Source: Catajapyx aquilonaris (lineage: Eukaryota). From it: a stretch of 64,000 bases of DNA. Numbering within the stretch: position 1 is the first letter of the stretch; each line of letters opens with the position of its first letter. Under the pieces are notes generated by a model. That model saw only the letters and a program-made list of their open reading frames with translations, did not search any database and was not told where the DNA came from. Below are positions 1 through 11,958 of the stretch, one piece after another. The stretch covers positions 1-64,000 of the forward strand of contig JYFJ02000319.1 of assembly GCA_000934665.2 (NCBI GenBank). Reading direction: 5' to 3'. Position numbers and translations under genes: made by a program.

Positions 1-68
1 AGATCCGGGATTTGAACCCACATCTCCCGATTGAGAGTCTGATGCGTTACCATAGAGCCACGCTCTAC
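1..68 (-). repeat. tRNA-like element (tRNA-derived SINE head or tRNA pseudogene), cut by window edge
   Basis: Minus strand reads GTAGAGCG-TGGCTCTATGG (A-box-like)...CAGA-CTCTCAA-TCGG (CTC in anticodon-like loop)...GGTTCAAATCC (B-box). Stems are imperfect. Confidence 0.55.
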
Positions 69-201
69 TGCAACGAAAGTATGGGTGTTGGAAGGTCAAG
101 CCTATTTACCAGATGCACTTCAAAGAGAAATAAATGTGAAATGAGAGATGAAGTAACAGCGGGAAAGGTCCGTAGCGATAAAAAGAAACGCCGTCTTTTT
201 T

Positions 202-269
202 TCAGGATTCGATCCTTCAACCTTCGGGTTACGAAGAGAGAGTCTTAACCACTAGACCACTGCGCTACT
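202..269 (-). repeat. second tRNA-like element (Pol III A/B boxes), degenerate
   Basis: Minus strand has TGGTCTAGTGG (A-box) and GGATCGAATCC (B-box, one mismatch) at tRNA spacing, with no good cloverleaf. Confidence 0.5.
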
Positions 270-443
270 TCGATACTGTTCACTCTCTCCAGCATGTACT
301 TATTGTAAAGAAAGGGCGCCACACAAATAATACCATTCATCTCAATGTATAGTGTCATTTGTCAAATAAATAGTTCTCATAATACCTGTATATCCTTATA
401 TATTTTCACTTCAAGGGGTACTCTCTCAAAAGCAACGTGTATC

Positions 444-556
444 CATGGTACACAGCGTTGCGATTTTTTTTTAAAAAAATGCACATTGTGTACTGCATTA
501 GGTACAGTACATTAGTTAGTACAATGCATGTTTTTAGCACAACGCTGTGTAACATG
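444..556. repeat. imperfect inverted repeat / MITE-like foldback
   Basis: CATGGTACACAGCGTTG (444-460) pairs 16/17 with CAACGCTGTGTAACATG (540-556); the inner arms pair more loosely. Confidence 0.55.
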
Positions 557-599
557 CATTGCTCTATTGAAAAAATACTTGTGGATCGCTGCGAAAGAC

Positions 600-880
600 T
601 ATCAAATTCCGAATAGTATTGTTATTGAGCAAAAAAATAGAAACGAATTTTTTAGTGGTTTTTAATTTTTTGCGGCGTTTTAAAGAGGAATTGAGTTTAG
701 CTGCAAATGGTAGGAATGCACTTCACAATGGTGGGGATCTGTGTTCAAAATTTGGAAGCTCTACCTACAGCACAACTTGAGTTAGGGCAAATAAAAAAAG
801 TGTAACAAGAAGAACAAGATGTTGAAAAAATTCATTGTTGAAAATGGTTACACGGTCTTAGGGGATACCGCCCCTAAAAT
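600..880 (+). mobile_element. possible non-autonomous Helentron/HINE-like element ending in a stem-loop
   Basis: Terminal hairpin TTAGGGG-atac cg-CCCCTAA (858-877) and an internal CAAAATTTGGAAGCTCTA segment reminiscent of HINE/DINE-type cores. Boundaries approximate. Confidence 0.3.
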
Positions 881-2662
881 AAACAAGGTAAACAACGATA
901 AGCCCAGGGTCCACACACACCCATATACACCTATTTTCCCTTTCTTTTTGTTTCCCCAGGCCTTTTCTTCTCTTTTTTAGTTAATACTGGAGCCAAACAC
1001 TACATAAAGGGTAGAGCAAGTGACAAGCTGACATGTTATTGACCATTGATGTAACTTTGGACACAGGGGGAAGTCCCCCTATATGTAAGGGCAATAACCT
1101 ATCAGGGGTAAATAAAAACTAAACTAAACTATTATTTGTAAAATATCTTGTCCATATCTTCAGGGTACGCTTAAGCCAAAATCTACGTGGTTCGGGCCTA
1201 TCTGGTGGCGAAAGGGTTAATGGCATACTTTTTAATATGTCAGAGACTGTACATACAAGATACATTTGTCACTTGTGTCGAGATTTTTCAGCATGTTTAT
1301 GGAATCCATTTACTCGGAAATATATGTTGACTTCCCTGGTAAACCAATAGACAGTGCTTAGAATTTTACCACTATATATTCGAGCCTACCTAGCGAGTTT
1401 AGAATATACGGACCATACTGTATAATATTATGTATTAGCATGAGCAGAAATATCCAGCATGGACTCAAGAGCTGGATGCTTTCACTCACTTAAAACAGCT
1501 GTAACTCTGCCATAAATTGCAGTAATCAAAGGTTTTTTTTGGAAACGCTCAAAATAAATGACTAATGGAACATGAACCCAAAGCCATGAATTAAATATCT
1601 CAATAAATGCATTAGATAATTGGTGTCTCAAGTTTTTACACAAGTGACAGAGGATAGGAAAAACCTATACAGTATTACTCCGAATATCCTGAAAATATAC
1701 TACTGTATTAATCATTATGCTGGGGCTTTGACGTGTGGGGAATACGATAAACATGCTTCGGTAAGGATCGGTCGATCAGGAAGGTCTTAATTTGGTGTTA
1801 CAAAGTTCTAATTATGATCGGGCTGGCAGCATTCAAAATCGAAAATTTTGTATACAAGTCCAAGACCTGGGTAATGCCAGGACCAGTTCTTGGATGAGGA
1901 CAACATGATTATTATCATGCTTTCCAGGAAAGGGGAAAAGCAAAACACCACTCCAAAGCTAATCACAGACCTCCCCATTGATGCAGGACTTTTGGCCACC
2001 CTGTACAATTAATTCCCAAGTTCCTGTGCGAACGTGAGAGGTAAAACCTAATGAAAAACCTTTTGTAGAGTACGTAGCTCTTGACGTAAGGTCAGGAAAT
2101 TCTGTGAATTTTAAGAGCCTTTCATCAATGGGCTGGCAGTGTACAATTGAGCTACCCTTTGCACTGATTACTGTTAGTGATGCTGCTGCTGCAATGAAAC
2201 CATTTAAAAAAATTAGTATTCTGTATTTCTAGTTTCCATTATGTACACATCCATCCTGACAAACGCAACACAGTTCTTGGTAAGTTCTCCCACATATGTA
2301 TGAACCATTATTTGAAGCAAAACATTCATTAATAAAATTAAAATCAGTTCGTTACTGACTCTGTTGCTAATAAAACATTCCAGTCTTTACAGCCTCATGC
2401 ACAATCGTGCAAAATGCTATTCTAAGTACTCAGGAACAATTAATCTCTTGGCTGGTAATGTGATGCTAATGAGAGGTAAAGATGCACACCTTATTTGCAG
2501 AAGATGATCAAACATTCTCCACTCATCAGCACACTTATCCTGTATCATATTACTTATGTAAAACATCCTAATCTTTGAAACTGTGCTGCCAGATATTGCT
2601 GTACAGTACATTACATTTTTTACAAGTCAAGAAAGTTTGTTTTCAACAGTCATATCATTGAG

Positions 2663-5264
2663 TCACTCAAACTCAGGTTCACTTCTGCAGACTAGCTGCA
2701 GCCAGGGTGATGTACTTTCCATGTCACTAAGTCCTTGGAGAGTCAGCATTTTGCATTGCGCGATGTTCAGGAGGCGAAGGTCACCTGCCTTTGTCACAGT
2801 CGCCAGGGTGGCATTGGTGATTTGCTGACAACCCTGGAAAAATATTTTAAAGTGATTTTTTGTGCTTCGTGTGTGTGTGTGTGACTTTACCTCAAGAGAC
2901 AAGTGGCGCAAATGTGGAAGGTGCGTCAGCAAGAATTCCACTCCAGAATCAGTGACATAATGGCATCTGCTAAGATTAAGTTTCTCCAAGCAGCGATTGT
3001 TTTGGGAAATGTGAGTAATGCCTGCATCAGTCACCTGGAAACAGAATAAAAATTACAAAAGCATTCATGAGTGAAACTTCATGACTTACCTGGCCGCAGC
3101 TGCTCAGATCTAAGTGCTGCAAATGGGCAAATTTCAAGGAGGCACATGTTATGTCCGTAACTTTGGCACATCCAGCCAGCCTGAGGGTCACCAGCTTTTG
3201 AAGTGAGTTTAGTCGTGCTGTTTCTGGAATCCCAGCACCATGCCTTTCTCGATCCAATTCGGCTGATCTCCGCAATAGGTGCTCCTCCCACAGTTGCTTC
3301 TCAGCTCTTGTTTTCAGTGACATTGTCTCAGGAAATTCATTCCTGTCTGTGACTTCACGTCCAGTAATACCCATGTCTGTGACTTGAGACTCACAAATGC
3401 TCAGGGTTCTCAAGTGCTTCAAGTTACAAATGTGAACCATCACTGAGTCAGTGACACCACAGCGGTTAAGTTTCAAGTGGATCATCTGGGGCATTTTTGT
3501 AACAAGAGCGATTAAGGTGTTTTCATCCATGTTGCAATCAGACAGATCTAAACTTGTCAAGTGGCGGAGAGAAGATAATTTTAAGGCACCAGCAGGTGTC
3601 ACTGACTGGCACCCTTCGAGACTAAGGACTCTCAGATTGGTCAAGTTTTCGCAAATTGATTCCACAACTGCATCATTAACGCGCCTCACCTTGCTTAAAT
3701 GTAGGTCGACGATGTGCGGCTGTTTCATGCAAAGAATCACTAGTGATGAAGGTGTCACTTCCCTGCAACCTCGGAGACAAAGGGACTCAAGTTTCAGCTC
3801 TGGAGTCGAGGCAAGTTTTTCCAAGGAATTGCCATCAATCATAGTGTTTGAAAAGTCAATATGCGTCAGTCTCTCCGCGTTGTTTGAAATCCAGTTGCCG
3901 ACTCGCAGAAATGTGACTAGAGACTCGGATGCTGGTACCTCAGGTTCTCTCGCTGGGTAAAACCGAGCTAATATTCCAGGATGAAAGGCAATTGTCGTCT
4001 TCTGAAGTGAGACACGTTTGACTTTTGGCATAAGCCACACCAACCGTTCAAAAATGGCATCTGAGAGGTAAAAATTATGGCCCAAGTGTAATTCAACCAC
4101 TGAACTCAAGTCAACAGCAACAGGTGTTTTCAGGACATTTCCAGACATCATGAGAGAATTACAGTTCTCTATGCGGAGTGATTCCAATGCAGGGCATCGG
4201 CTCAAGATCTGCATGAGAGTCAATTCACCCATGTCACATGCAACAAATGAAAGGCTGCGTACTTTCGGTCCAAAGTGAGCCCAAAACTGCATGGCAGCTG
4301 TGGCTCCAGGCATATCAAGCTGGCAGCAGCGGAAGTGCTGGAACTTGGCAGGACAATCCTGCAGTTGCCGCATTGGCCTGAAGAAGTCCCCAACAAATGA
4401 GACGGCTTCATCACGATGAAGGACTTGATGTAATGATGCATTGTACCAATGGTGAGAAACGCAACTGGCAGAAAGTCTTGACTGCACCGGTAGGAAGCTC
4501 AGTATGTGAGTTAAAACCTGCAACAAAATAACCAATATTATATCGTTGAATTTATTAAACCTGATTTCCACTGAATAGAAGTAGAGCCTGCATTCAAGAA
4601 GACATTCTCTGGGCTACTTTTATAATTTAAATTTCCAGGTAGTGTACAGCATGCATGATATTAGTATATTTAAATAAATGCTTGTAATTTTTTTGATTTG
4701 TGATTTTTTGATGCCCCTTTGCCATCTCCCTCCAAATGACCTCCAAGTCCTCTAGGCAGGGTAATAAAAATAAAATAAATCGCCGAACATGAGAACATTT
4801 CTGGATCTCAAAACGGGTAAAAATAAGTTCAGTTGTCATTTCTTATCAACCAGACACTTGGAAGGTAACTGTGACGGACACTTCTGCGAGGAACAATTGC
4901 ATGCTTGCATCCAGTCCGTTCCACCTCCCAGAAAGCAAAGCAGTCCATGAAAATCTCAGGGCTGACAAAACAAGCCGCATGTCATCAAATGGTGTGCAGC
5001 CAAGAAAACAACCCCCACGAAATGAGCTCAGGGTAACAACCCAAGGCTAATCTTAATTTACCACTACTTTATGGATCACCACAATTCGAGACTCATCTGT
5101 GACCTCCCAGGTCAGCCCAAACCCATCAAAATGAACCTCATCGTAGTGTGGAACATATTGATCAAGTAAAAATTGTTACTCTGGAGTGCATGTTCGGTAT
5201 CATGTCCACCTGCCACAAGTGCATGGAATGTGTCTTGTACAGTATGACAAGTGCGCATTATGAC

Positions 5265-5351
<87 letters not shown>

Positions 5352-5438
5352 CTCAACTGGCAGGTGCTGTGGGTCAGTGTAGTCGGTGTGATGAGCATCT
5401 TGTGCAGGCCCGTCACAGGCACCATGCAGTTCCTCCAT
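2663..5438 (-). CDS. F-box / leucine-rich repeat protein (FBXL family), ~609 aa
   Basis: Exons (minus): 5438-5352, 4517-3090, 3034-2891, 2833-2663, all GT-AG, phase 0. Splicing rebuilds the F-box motif HLPVE|VLTHILSFLPVQSRLSASCVSHHW. Many cysteine-containing LRRs follow (LRVLSLEGCQSVT, LQHLDLSSCGQVTDAG, LEKLNLSRCHYVTDSG). Confidence 0.9.
5268..5351. repeat. compound trinucleotide microsatellite (TAT)10(TAC)18
   Basis: Directly visible. It forms the start of intron 1 of the F-box gene on the minus strand. Confidence 0.97.
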
Positions 5439-5656
5439 GCTACGCACATGTGACCCACTCGATATCCCCCCAGCTGATCTTCAGAACCAGGAAAAAACCT
5501 TGAGGACTTGCTGGTGGTGGTGGTGAGGATGCCCGCGAGTGTCGCTGGTGTGGCCTCCCAGCAGGCAGAGACACCTCTGGCGCACTCCAGGCACTACCAG
5601 AATGATCTAGAAGCGCGCAACTCAAAAGGATGGGCAATTGAAACCAAAATGTCATT

Positions 5657-5662
5657 TTTATT
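5657..5662 (-). terminator. putative polyadenylation signal (AATAAA) of the FLVCR-like gene
   Basis: AATAAA 13 nt after the TAG stop at 5676, followed by a T-rich stretch. Confidence 0.55.
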
Positions 5663-5675
5663 GCGTTGACATGGC

Positions 5676-7540
5676 CTACATGTGGAGGGGACTGGGCTGC
5701 ACGGGAACATTGTCGGTGCAGCATGTGCGCTGTGCTGCCAGCCTCTTCAGCTCTCCGTTGGTGGCCAGGCTGACCACGCTGCTCAGGGCCAGGAGGCCGC
5801 AGAAGAATATGCCGACGGAGATGCTGCCGAAGGTCTCCACGATCCATCCTCCGACGTATATTATGATTAGGGAGAAGAGGAGGCTGAAGGCGGAGAGGAT
5901 GTTGGCCATGGTGTGCGCCTCTTCGGGGTACGCCAACTCTGCGCCGTAATCAAATCCGAATGCAAAATATGCGCACGATAGTCTGAAATTGGAAAAAAAA
6001 GGTTGAAATTGGACCTGATTTGATGCAAGTGTTGAGTACTCACCCGTAAAATACTATGGAGGCGTAGACGGCAGTGAGATTCTCGAAGTACACCGAAACG
6101 GTGAAGCAGGCTAGGCCGATCAGGTTCATAAAATTTTGAGTAATATTCGCCTCGCTGAAATAAATTAATTGTAAATCTAACACCTATAGGATGTAATTCT
6201 ATTTTCCGAGCTGATTATTATAATATGGACTTAGATCCGGCTGCATTATAACATTAATTACATAAGACCCTTACGTAAGACCTCCTTACCGAAACATGTG
6301 GGTTCTGTCCATTACAAACCCAATGATGTATACTGCACCCAACGAAACTAGTAGAGAAATGCTACCGAGCCAGCCAATATCCACCAGATTATTCTGAAAC
6401 ACCGAGAGTGATTTGCATAGAGTGTATCGTATATGTTTTGAAGATAAACTTACTGGGAACTTGGGGAGCAGTATCTCATTCAGGAGGGTCAGAATCGCCC
6501 AGTTGACCCCTGTTAAAAGGCTGTACGAGGTAAGCAACAGGACGAAGTGCTTGTTGCTCATCATGTTTTTCAGTATGTCCTTGTAGCTTCTTTTCACCTT
6601 GGAGGCCAGCACTGACGACTGGGCCGGACTCGGAGGTTTTGGCGGCTTGTCTTGAAAAACTTGGGAAAATAATGAACAATTAGTGACATTACTGAGATCG
6701 GTTGAAACTATAGTGCAACTTACAGCATATTACAAGCACGGCGAAGACTGTGGGAACGACACTTCCAAGGTAAAAGATCGTCCTCAGGTTATGTCCAATT
6801 ATGTCCAAACTACTATCGGTCACTATCATTGCTGGCACTAGCATACCAGCGGCTGTTCCAACCTGTACAGAGCAAATGTTGAAGTGCGCACATGCTATTC
6901 TTGTCATTTACTGAACTACAACTATATATACAACGTATAGTACAACAAGACGAACCACTCTGTGCACCATGTTATAAATCAAAGTAATGTGATGTGAGGG
7001 AACAAACCAAGGCTGAGGAGGATGCCAAAGAACAAGCCGTTGACACTTCGGAGGGTCCGAACCACGTTGAGGCGACGTAAGGGGGCATGCCATACAGAAA
7101 CACTTCGGCCACAGCTTCCACCGACTGACCAATGGCGGTGACATAAAATAGTTTAGGATTCAACGATGCCACTTTGATCCATCCACCAATGGCAGTCAGC
7201 AAGGCGCCAGTAATCACAGTGAATCTCAGTCCCTGCAACAAATATCAATGTTATCATTCCCATCAGAAAATGTCGCGTTAGCACATGGAGGTTTTACCTT
7301 TTTCTCAATAATGTAGGTGACTGGGAGGAAAAGGACTACGTATGACAGCATGAAACTCATTGAGAGCCATTCGACTGCCACTGCTGACACACCGTAGTAT
7401 TCCATGATCAGGTTGCTTATGGCGGAGTATTCAATCCAGTGGAAGTTGTTGAAGAAGTTGGGGACGAAATACAGCATGAGCATTATCCATCTCCGCTTGT
7501 AGATGTGGGTGTCGTGCAGAGGCTGCTTCTCTTCTGTCAT
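5676..7540 (-). CDS. FLVCR: FLVCR-family (SLC49) major facilitator superfamily transporter, ~444 aa
   Basis: Exons (minus): 7540-7298, 7232-7008, 6862-6724, 6659-6454, 6393-6290, 6154-6044, 5982-5676, all GT-AG with consistent phases. Family motifs: YKRRW, NNFHWIEY, ASTWFGPSEVSTAC, FQDKPPKPPSPAQ, GFDYGAELAYP, ELKRLAA. Multiple hydrophobic helices. Confidence 0.92.
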
Positions 7541-9300
7541 CTTGCACAGCTGTCCTGGAGAATCGTTGGTTTCGTCAGATTTGTAGCATCAGAAAAACAA
7601 GGAGACACTCAAATGAAGCAGGTCACTTTGAAGGAAACTGTACGTTACTCGGTTATTGCGGGAGGAAAAAGTAATGATGTATCCGACCACAGCGAATGTG
7701 AGCAAATCAATGCATCATGCGAGTATCAGGATGTCAAAAGAGGAGGGGAAATCCCATTGTCATTAATAAATGCTTCGGCTAAATATGCACTTCAGTACAA
7801 TAGAAGGACAAAATGAACATGATTGTAATGTACCTGCAGAGGGAATATGCCTATAGTAGCTTACGAATATTCTGATCGAAGGTCACCCGATATATGTTAT
7901 ACAGTATACGGTACGTAGCCTACAATGTACATGTCATTATCCCATCAGAGAGGTGACATGATCTGACCTTGCAATATGAAGCAGTGCGCCGCGTTATTCG
8001 CCAAATAAGTACATGGAATTAGAACGCACGACCCTTCTTCGTGGACCACGCAAACATGTCAATGTACCGTATCTCATGTGCCGTATGGGGTATGGCATTG
8101 ACATAATGACAGCAGATTAGGCGCCCCATCCGCGCTTGTGTTTCACTTGTGAAAGACTGATCACAATGATCGCTCATAATTATATGAAGACTGGTATGCT
8201 GTATACTAAATTGCAGGGTATATACAGAAAGGCGGGAGAGATTAAAGTGGTCCAATATAACGAAGTTCCGGGTTCGATTCAGAATAGATCACGCATCCTC
8301 CTCGCAGTACATCACCTCCATCACCTCTACGAGATGCCTTCCCAACTCACTTACAGCCGGCTCCACTGGGACAGCATTGTCACTACTTTTTGGCGATATC
8401 AGTGACTTGTTTCTGATGCACTATACTTAGATGACTAGGGATACATAGACAGTACCTTTCTGCATTCTGGACGCGAAACATGTGATTCAGACTCGTGTAA
8501 TTGTGTAATTTATAACGATAGTTATGGGATGGTGGCAGTGCGCACCTGCAGAGGCACTCTGTGTATCTGGAGAGCATAAATATTCTTTTTCTACTGTATA
8601 TGTTCGCAGTGGCCTTTGGATTTGCACGTGAACAGCCCAGAGGAATGCATGATACAGCAGTACCATGGAAGAGTTAAATAATGGAAACACATCTGAGTGG
8701 TTATAAAAATGATGCTGTCGTAGTACGTAGCATCTTATTAAAAGGTACGAATGCATTAGACATAAAAGCGAGACATTAACGGATATGTCATTGAGCCAAA
8801 ATTAAATAAAATAAGAAAGAAGTGATACCATTGCCCCCAAAAATTGTGTGAATGGTGTGAAATGGCCCATATTCCAGAAGAAATTGAACTGTTGTGATTA
8901 ACAGTATGAAAAATATTTATGTTAGTGTCTCTGTTGCAATTAATTTTAACATTTCCATTTGTTTTTGAACCCCTGACTGTTTATTAACCAGCTAACTTTC
9001 ACTCTCTGTACGGTTCTATTAGTGCGGTAATAGTTCTCGGTTCAACGATGATTACTAAGCTACTAAGCTTGTTATGCCTATGTGTTCGGCGACGTAACGG
9101 CGTACGGTATACAGTAATTCCACCTGCTACCTATTGCAGTGTTGTTTTCACCCCTGTCCTGTGCACGGGCCAGTAATTTTTTGCCAAAAAAATTCGAGCT
9201 AAGTCTTCCTTTTTTATCCCAATCTCTATCCTAGATCAATAGTCCTGCATTACCACTTTATTTATATTACAGGAGAAGCACAAGCACCCCCAGTAAATGT

Positions 9301-10258
9301 GTGGGTGGAGTAACTTTGGTTTTGGCTGGGGACTTCAGACCGACATTGCCTGTTGTTCCACGAGGCACACGAGTCGATGAGATAAAAGCTTGCCTAAAGT
9401 CTTCTTATCTCTGGACTCATGTTAGAAAATTCCACCTCTCTACGAACATGAGGGCCTATCTGCTTGGTGACTACTCCTCAGAGGAATTTGTACATGACCT
9501 GTTGAAATTAGGAATTTGCCAGAACCGATGCCCTATAGGAAATGCTGACATGGGATTGATCGGTACAAAGGTGTCCTCTGTCGATAAATTAAAATTTAAG
9601 GTCTTTCCTAATCTTTGCCTCAACTACCAGAGACACAATTGGTTGTGTGAGAGAGTAATATTAGCTCCAAAAAACAACACCGTCAATCTGATCAACTCAC
9701 AACTCCTCAACCAACTACCTGGTCCTTCCCACTGCTACAAGTCTGTGGACATAGTCCCAGACGAGGCCCAGGTGGTGCACTACCCAACAGAATTCCTAAA
9801 TTCTCTAGAACCTCCTGGAGTCCCACCTCATTCTCTCACTTTAAAAATTGGCACTCCCATTATGCTCATTCGCAGCATGGATCCACCCCGGCGACTCTGC
9901 AATGGCACTAGACTTGCTGTGAAAACTCTTATGTCCCATGTCATCCAGGCTACAATTCTCTCAGGATGTGGCAAGGGAGAAGACGTCCACATTCCCAGAA
10001 TTCCAGTCACCCCGACGGACTTGCCATTTGAGTTCAGGAGGCTCCAATTCCCTGTAAGGTTCAGCTTCGCCATGTCCATCAACAAGTCTCAGGGGCAGAT
10101 TTTGAAGGGGGGTGGGCTGCAACAGGAAGAGCCCTGCATCTCTCACAGACAGTTGTATGTTGGAGCGTCACGTGTGGGAAGCCCTAACAGTCTCTATTGT
10201 TTATGCACCAGATGGGAAAACTAAGAACATTGTGTACACCGAAGTCTCATTTTTCTAA
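9301..10258 (+). mobile_element. Helitron Rep/Hel remnant: C-terminal PIF1-family helicase fragment, degenerate
   Basis: Motifs LAGDFRPTLPVV, LSTNMR, ILAPKN, YPTEFLNSL, LCNGTRL, RRLQFPVRFSFAMSINKSQGQ, SHRQLYVGASRV. The Walker A/B N-terminus is missing, and conserved residues are substituted (GDFRQ to GDFRP, SHGQ to SHRQ). The usual terminus VYAPDGKTKNIVYTEV is in a shifted frame after ~10197 (stop 10256-10258). No introns. Confidence 0.85.
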
Positions 10259-10290
10259 TTAAAAAAAAAAACTCATCAATGGTATCTCCA

Positions 10291-10350
10291 CCTTGGCGTG
10301 GTGGTGGTGGGCCTTGAGTTCTCCAGTGACCCCATAGCTGCCTGCTGGCA
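10291..10350 (+). mobile_element. possible 5' motif of an RTE-clade LINE fragment
   Basis: CCTTGGCGTGGTGGTGGTGGGCCTTGAGTTCTCCAGTGACCC resembles the CCTTGTCGTGG...GGGGCTTG...CAATGA 5' motif of RTE elements (recalled similarity, not searched). Confidence 0.25.
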
Positions 10351-11958
10351 CAGATTGGCCATTTTGGGGTTGGGGAATGACTAAGAGAGGTGCTGGTCTT
10401 TCAATGATATTCTACATTTACTGCACAACCTTCAATTTTGCATGATATACTTTTGCTGCATTTTTAAGGTGTATTGTGTGTTTCCTAACAATCTTACATC
10501 CGCAGTGTGTTGTTTGGACTTCATGCACATGAAATAATTATGCTCCATGTGCCAACATTTTATAGCCATAATGTGACGGCCCAGGGCATTTCAGGCTCAA
10601 TTAAGATTTTTTTTACTGGGATTAGATTACAAACGTCTTGGCCGCAAGATGTTATTAAAGTGATAGAAAAATCTTACATAATTTTGTACACATGATCATA
10701 TCACGAAGGCAAATTATTTTCAATGTCAGTTATACTTTTCCAGATAAGACGGCTATTTTGGCAGTTGTGTAGGCTGCATTTTGCATAATACGTATGTATT
10801 CATAATAGTGGTGTAAATTGTAAATACTGTATATTTACACCACGATTATAGTTTCAAATATACAAGTCATTTAGCAACATCATGTTTAGACTAACCCCGT
10901 TGTTGACCTTGCCATTAGGCCTATGTGTGACCATTTTTCTCTATTTATTCTGAAAATCTGTAAATGCTGTATATGGACACGTGTTATTATAACAAACATG
11001 ACCATCTTGAATGCCGTTTAAAAATCTCAACAATTTCCCTCCTTGAAGTATAAATGTAAAACAGCATTATAGCCTACAGTAGAGCGTATTAATAATTATA
11101 TGTAAGAACCAGTGATTACGGTACTTTAAAATGACTTTATCGCCATTGCACTGGGGAATTTCTAGTTAGATCACAACAGAAAAATAGCACTGTAACAAGT
11201 CCGCACCGGTGACGGAAGACAAATATTTGCAATAAATGTTGACACAATATAAGGCATATTTACACACTCTCACAAGCATTTCATATTGAGTAACATGAGC
11301 CTGAAGCCTTTAAAATACTGCACTATCTGCAGCTCTCATTACCATTGCGATGGTTGTACAATCGATGATTATATCTTATAATTGTCCAGATGCCTGATAA
11401 TAAAAAGCATGAGAATTTACACGTGACACTTTCGCTTCTTTACACAATGATGCTGCGGGGGTGTATCTTTGTCATTGCTTTGTACAGACCGATTATTACT
11501 CTGCAAACTAATAACCAACGTATTGAACATGTTAGGCAATTCTCTTTAAAAAAATTCTCACATTGGACACAAAGAATGTAGGCCTAATTATTGATCTAGA
11601 CAACGTGCAGTAAACCGTACAATAAACGCTTTCGTAACTCTACAGCTGATATACTATGTAACAGATTTTTAGTTTTTTTTGCTAGCTTCAAAAATGGTGC
11701 AACACAGTAATATTTTCGCTAGAGTAATTCGAGTAATTGTCCACCAAGCGATTAGTTCCTTCTAATGAAACGGCACTCTCATTAAAGTGGAGCAGCTTCC
11801 ATAACAGTTCAAAGGCTCCTCTCTTATCCTGTAATTCCCACCCTCCTTTTGAGCTCGTCTTATCTCCTTACAGTCTGGGCCGCAACTTATTAAACGATTG
11901 ACATCCTCGAGGCCGTCCCCATTTGTCATCTGATCATTCTCTTAGTCCTGACATCGCC

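Noticed and set aside
5112..5453. ORFs encoding poly-Tyr (+) or poly-Val/Ile (-)
   Set aside because: They are read-through of an intronic microsatellite. Only 5438-5352 (minus) is supported as coding.
9301..10224. Functional host PIF1 helicase gene
   Set aside because: No N-terminal Walker motifs, conserved residues mutated, C-terminal frameshift, no introns, and Helitron-type motif wording.
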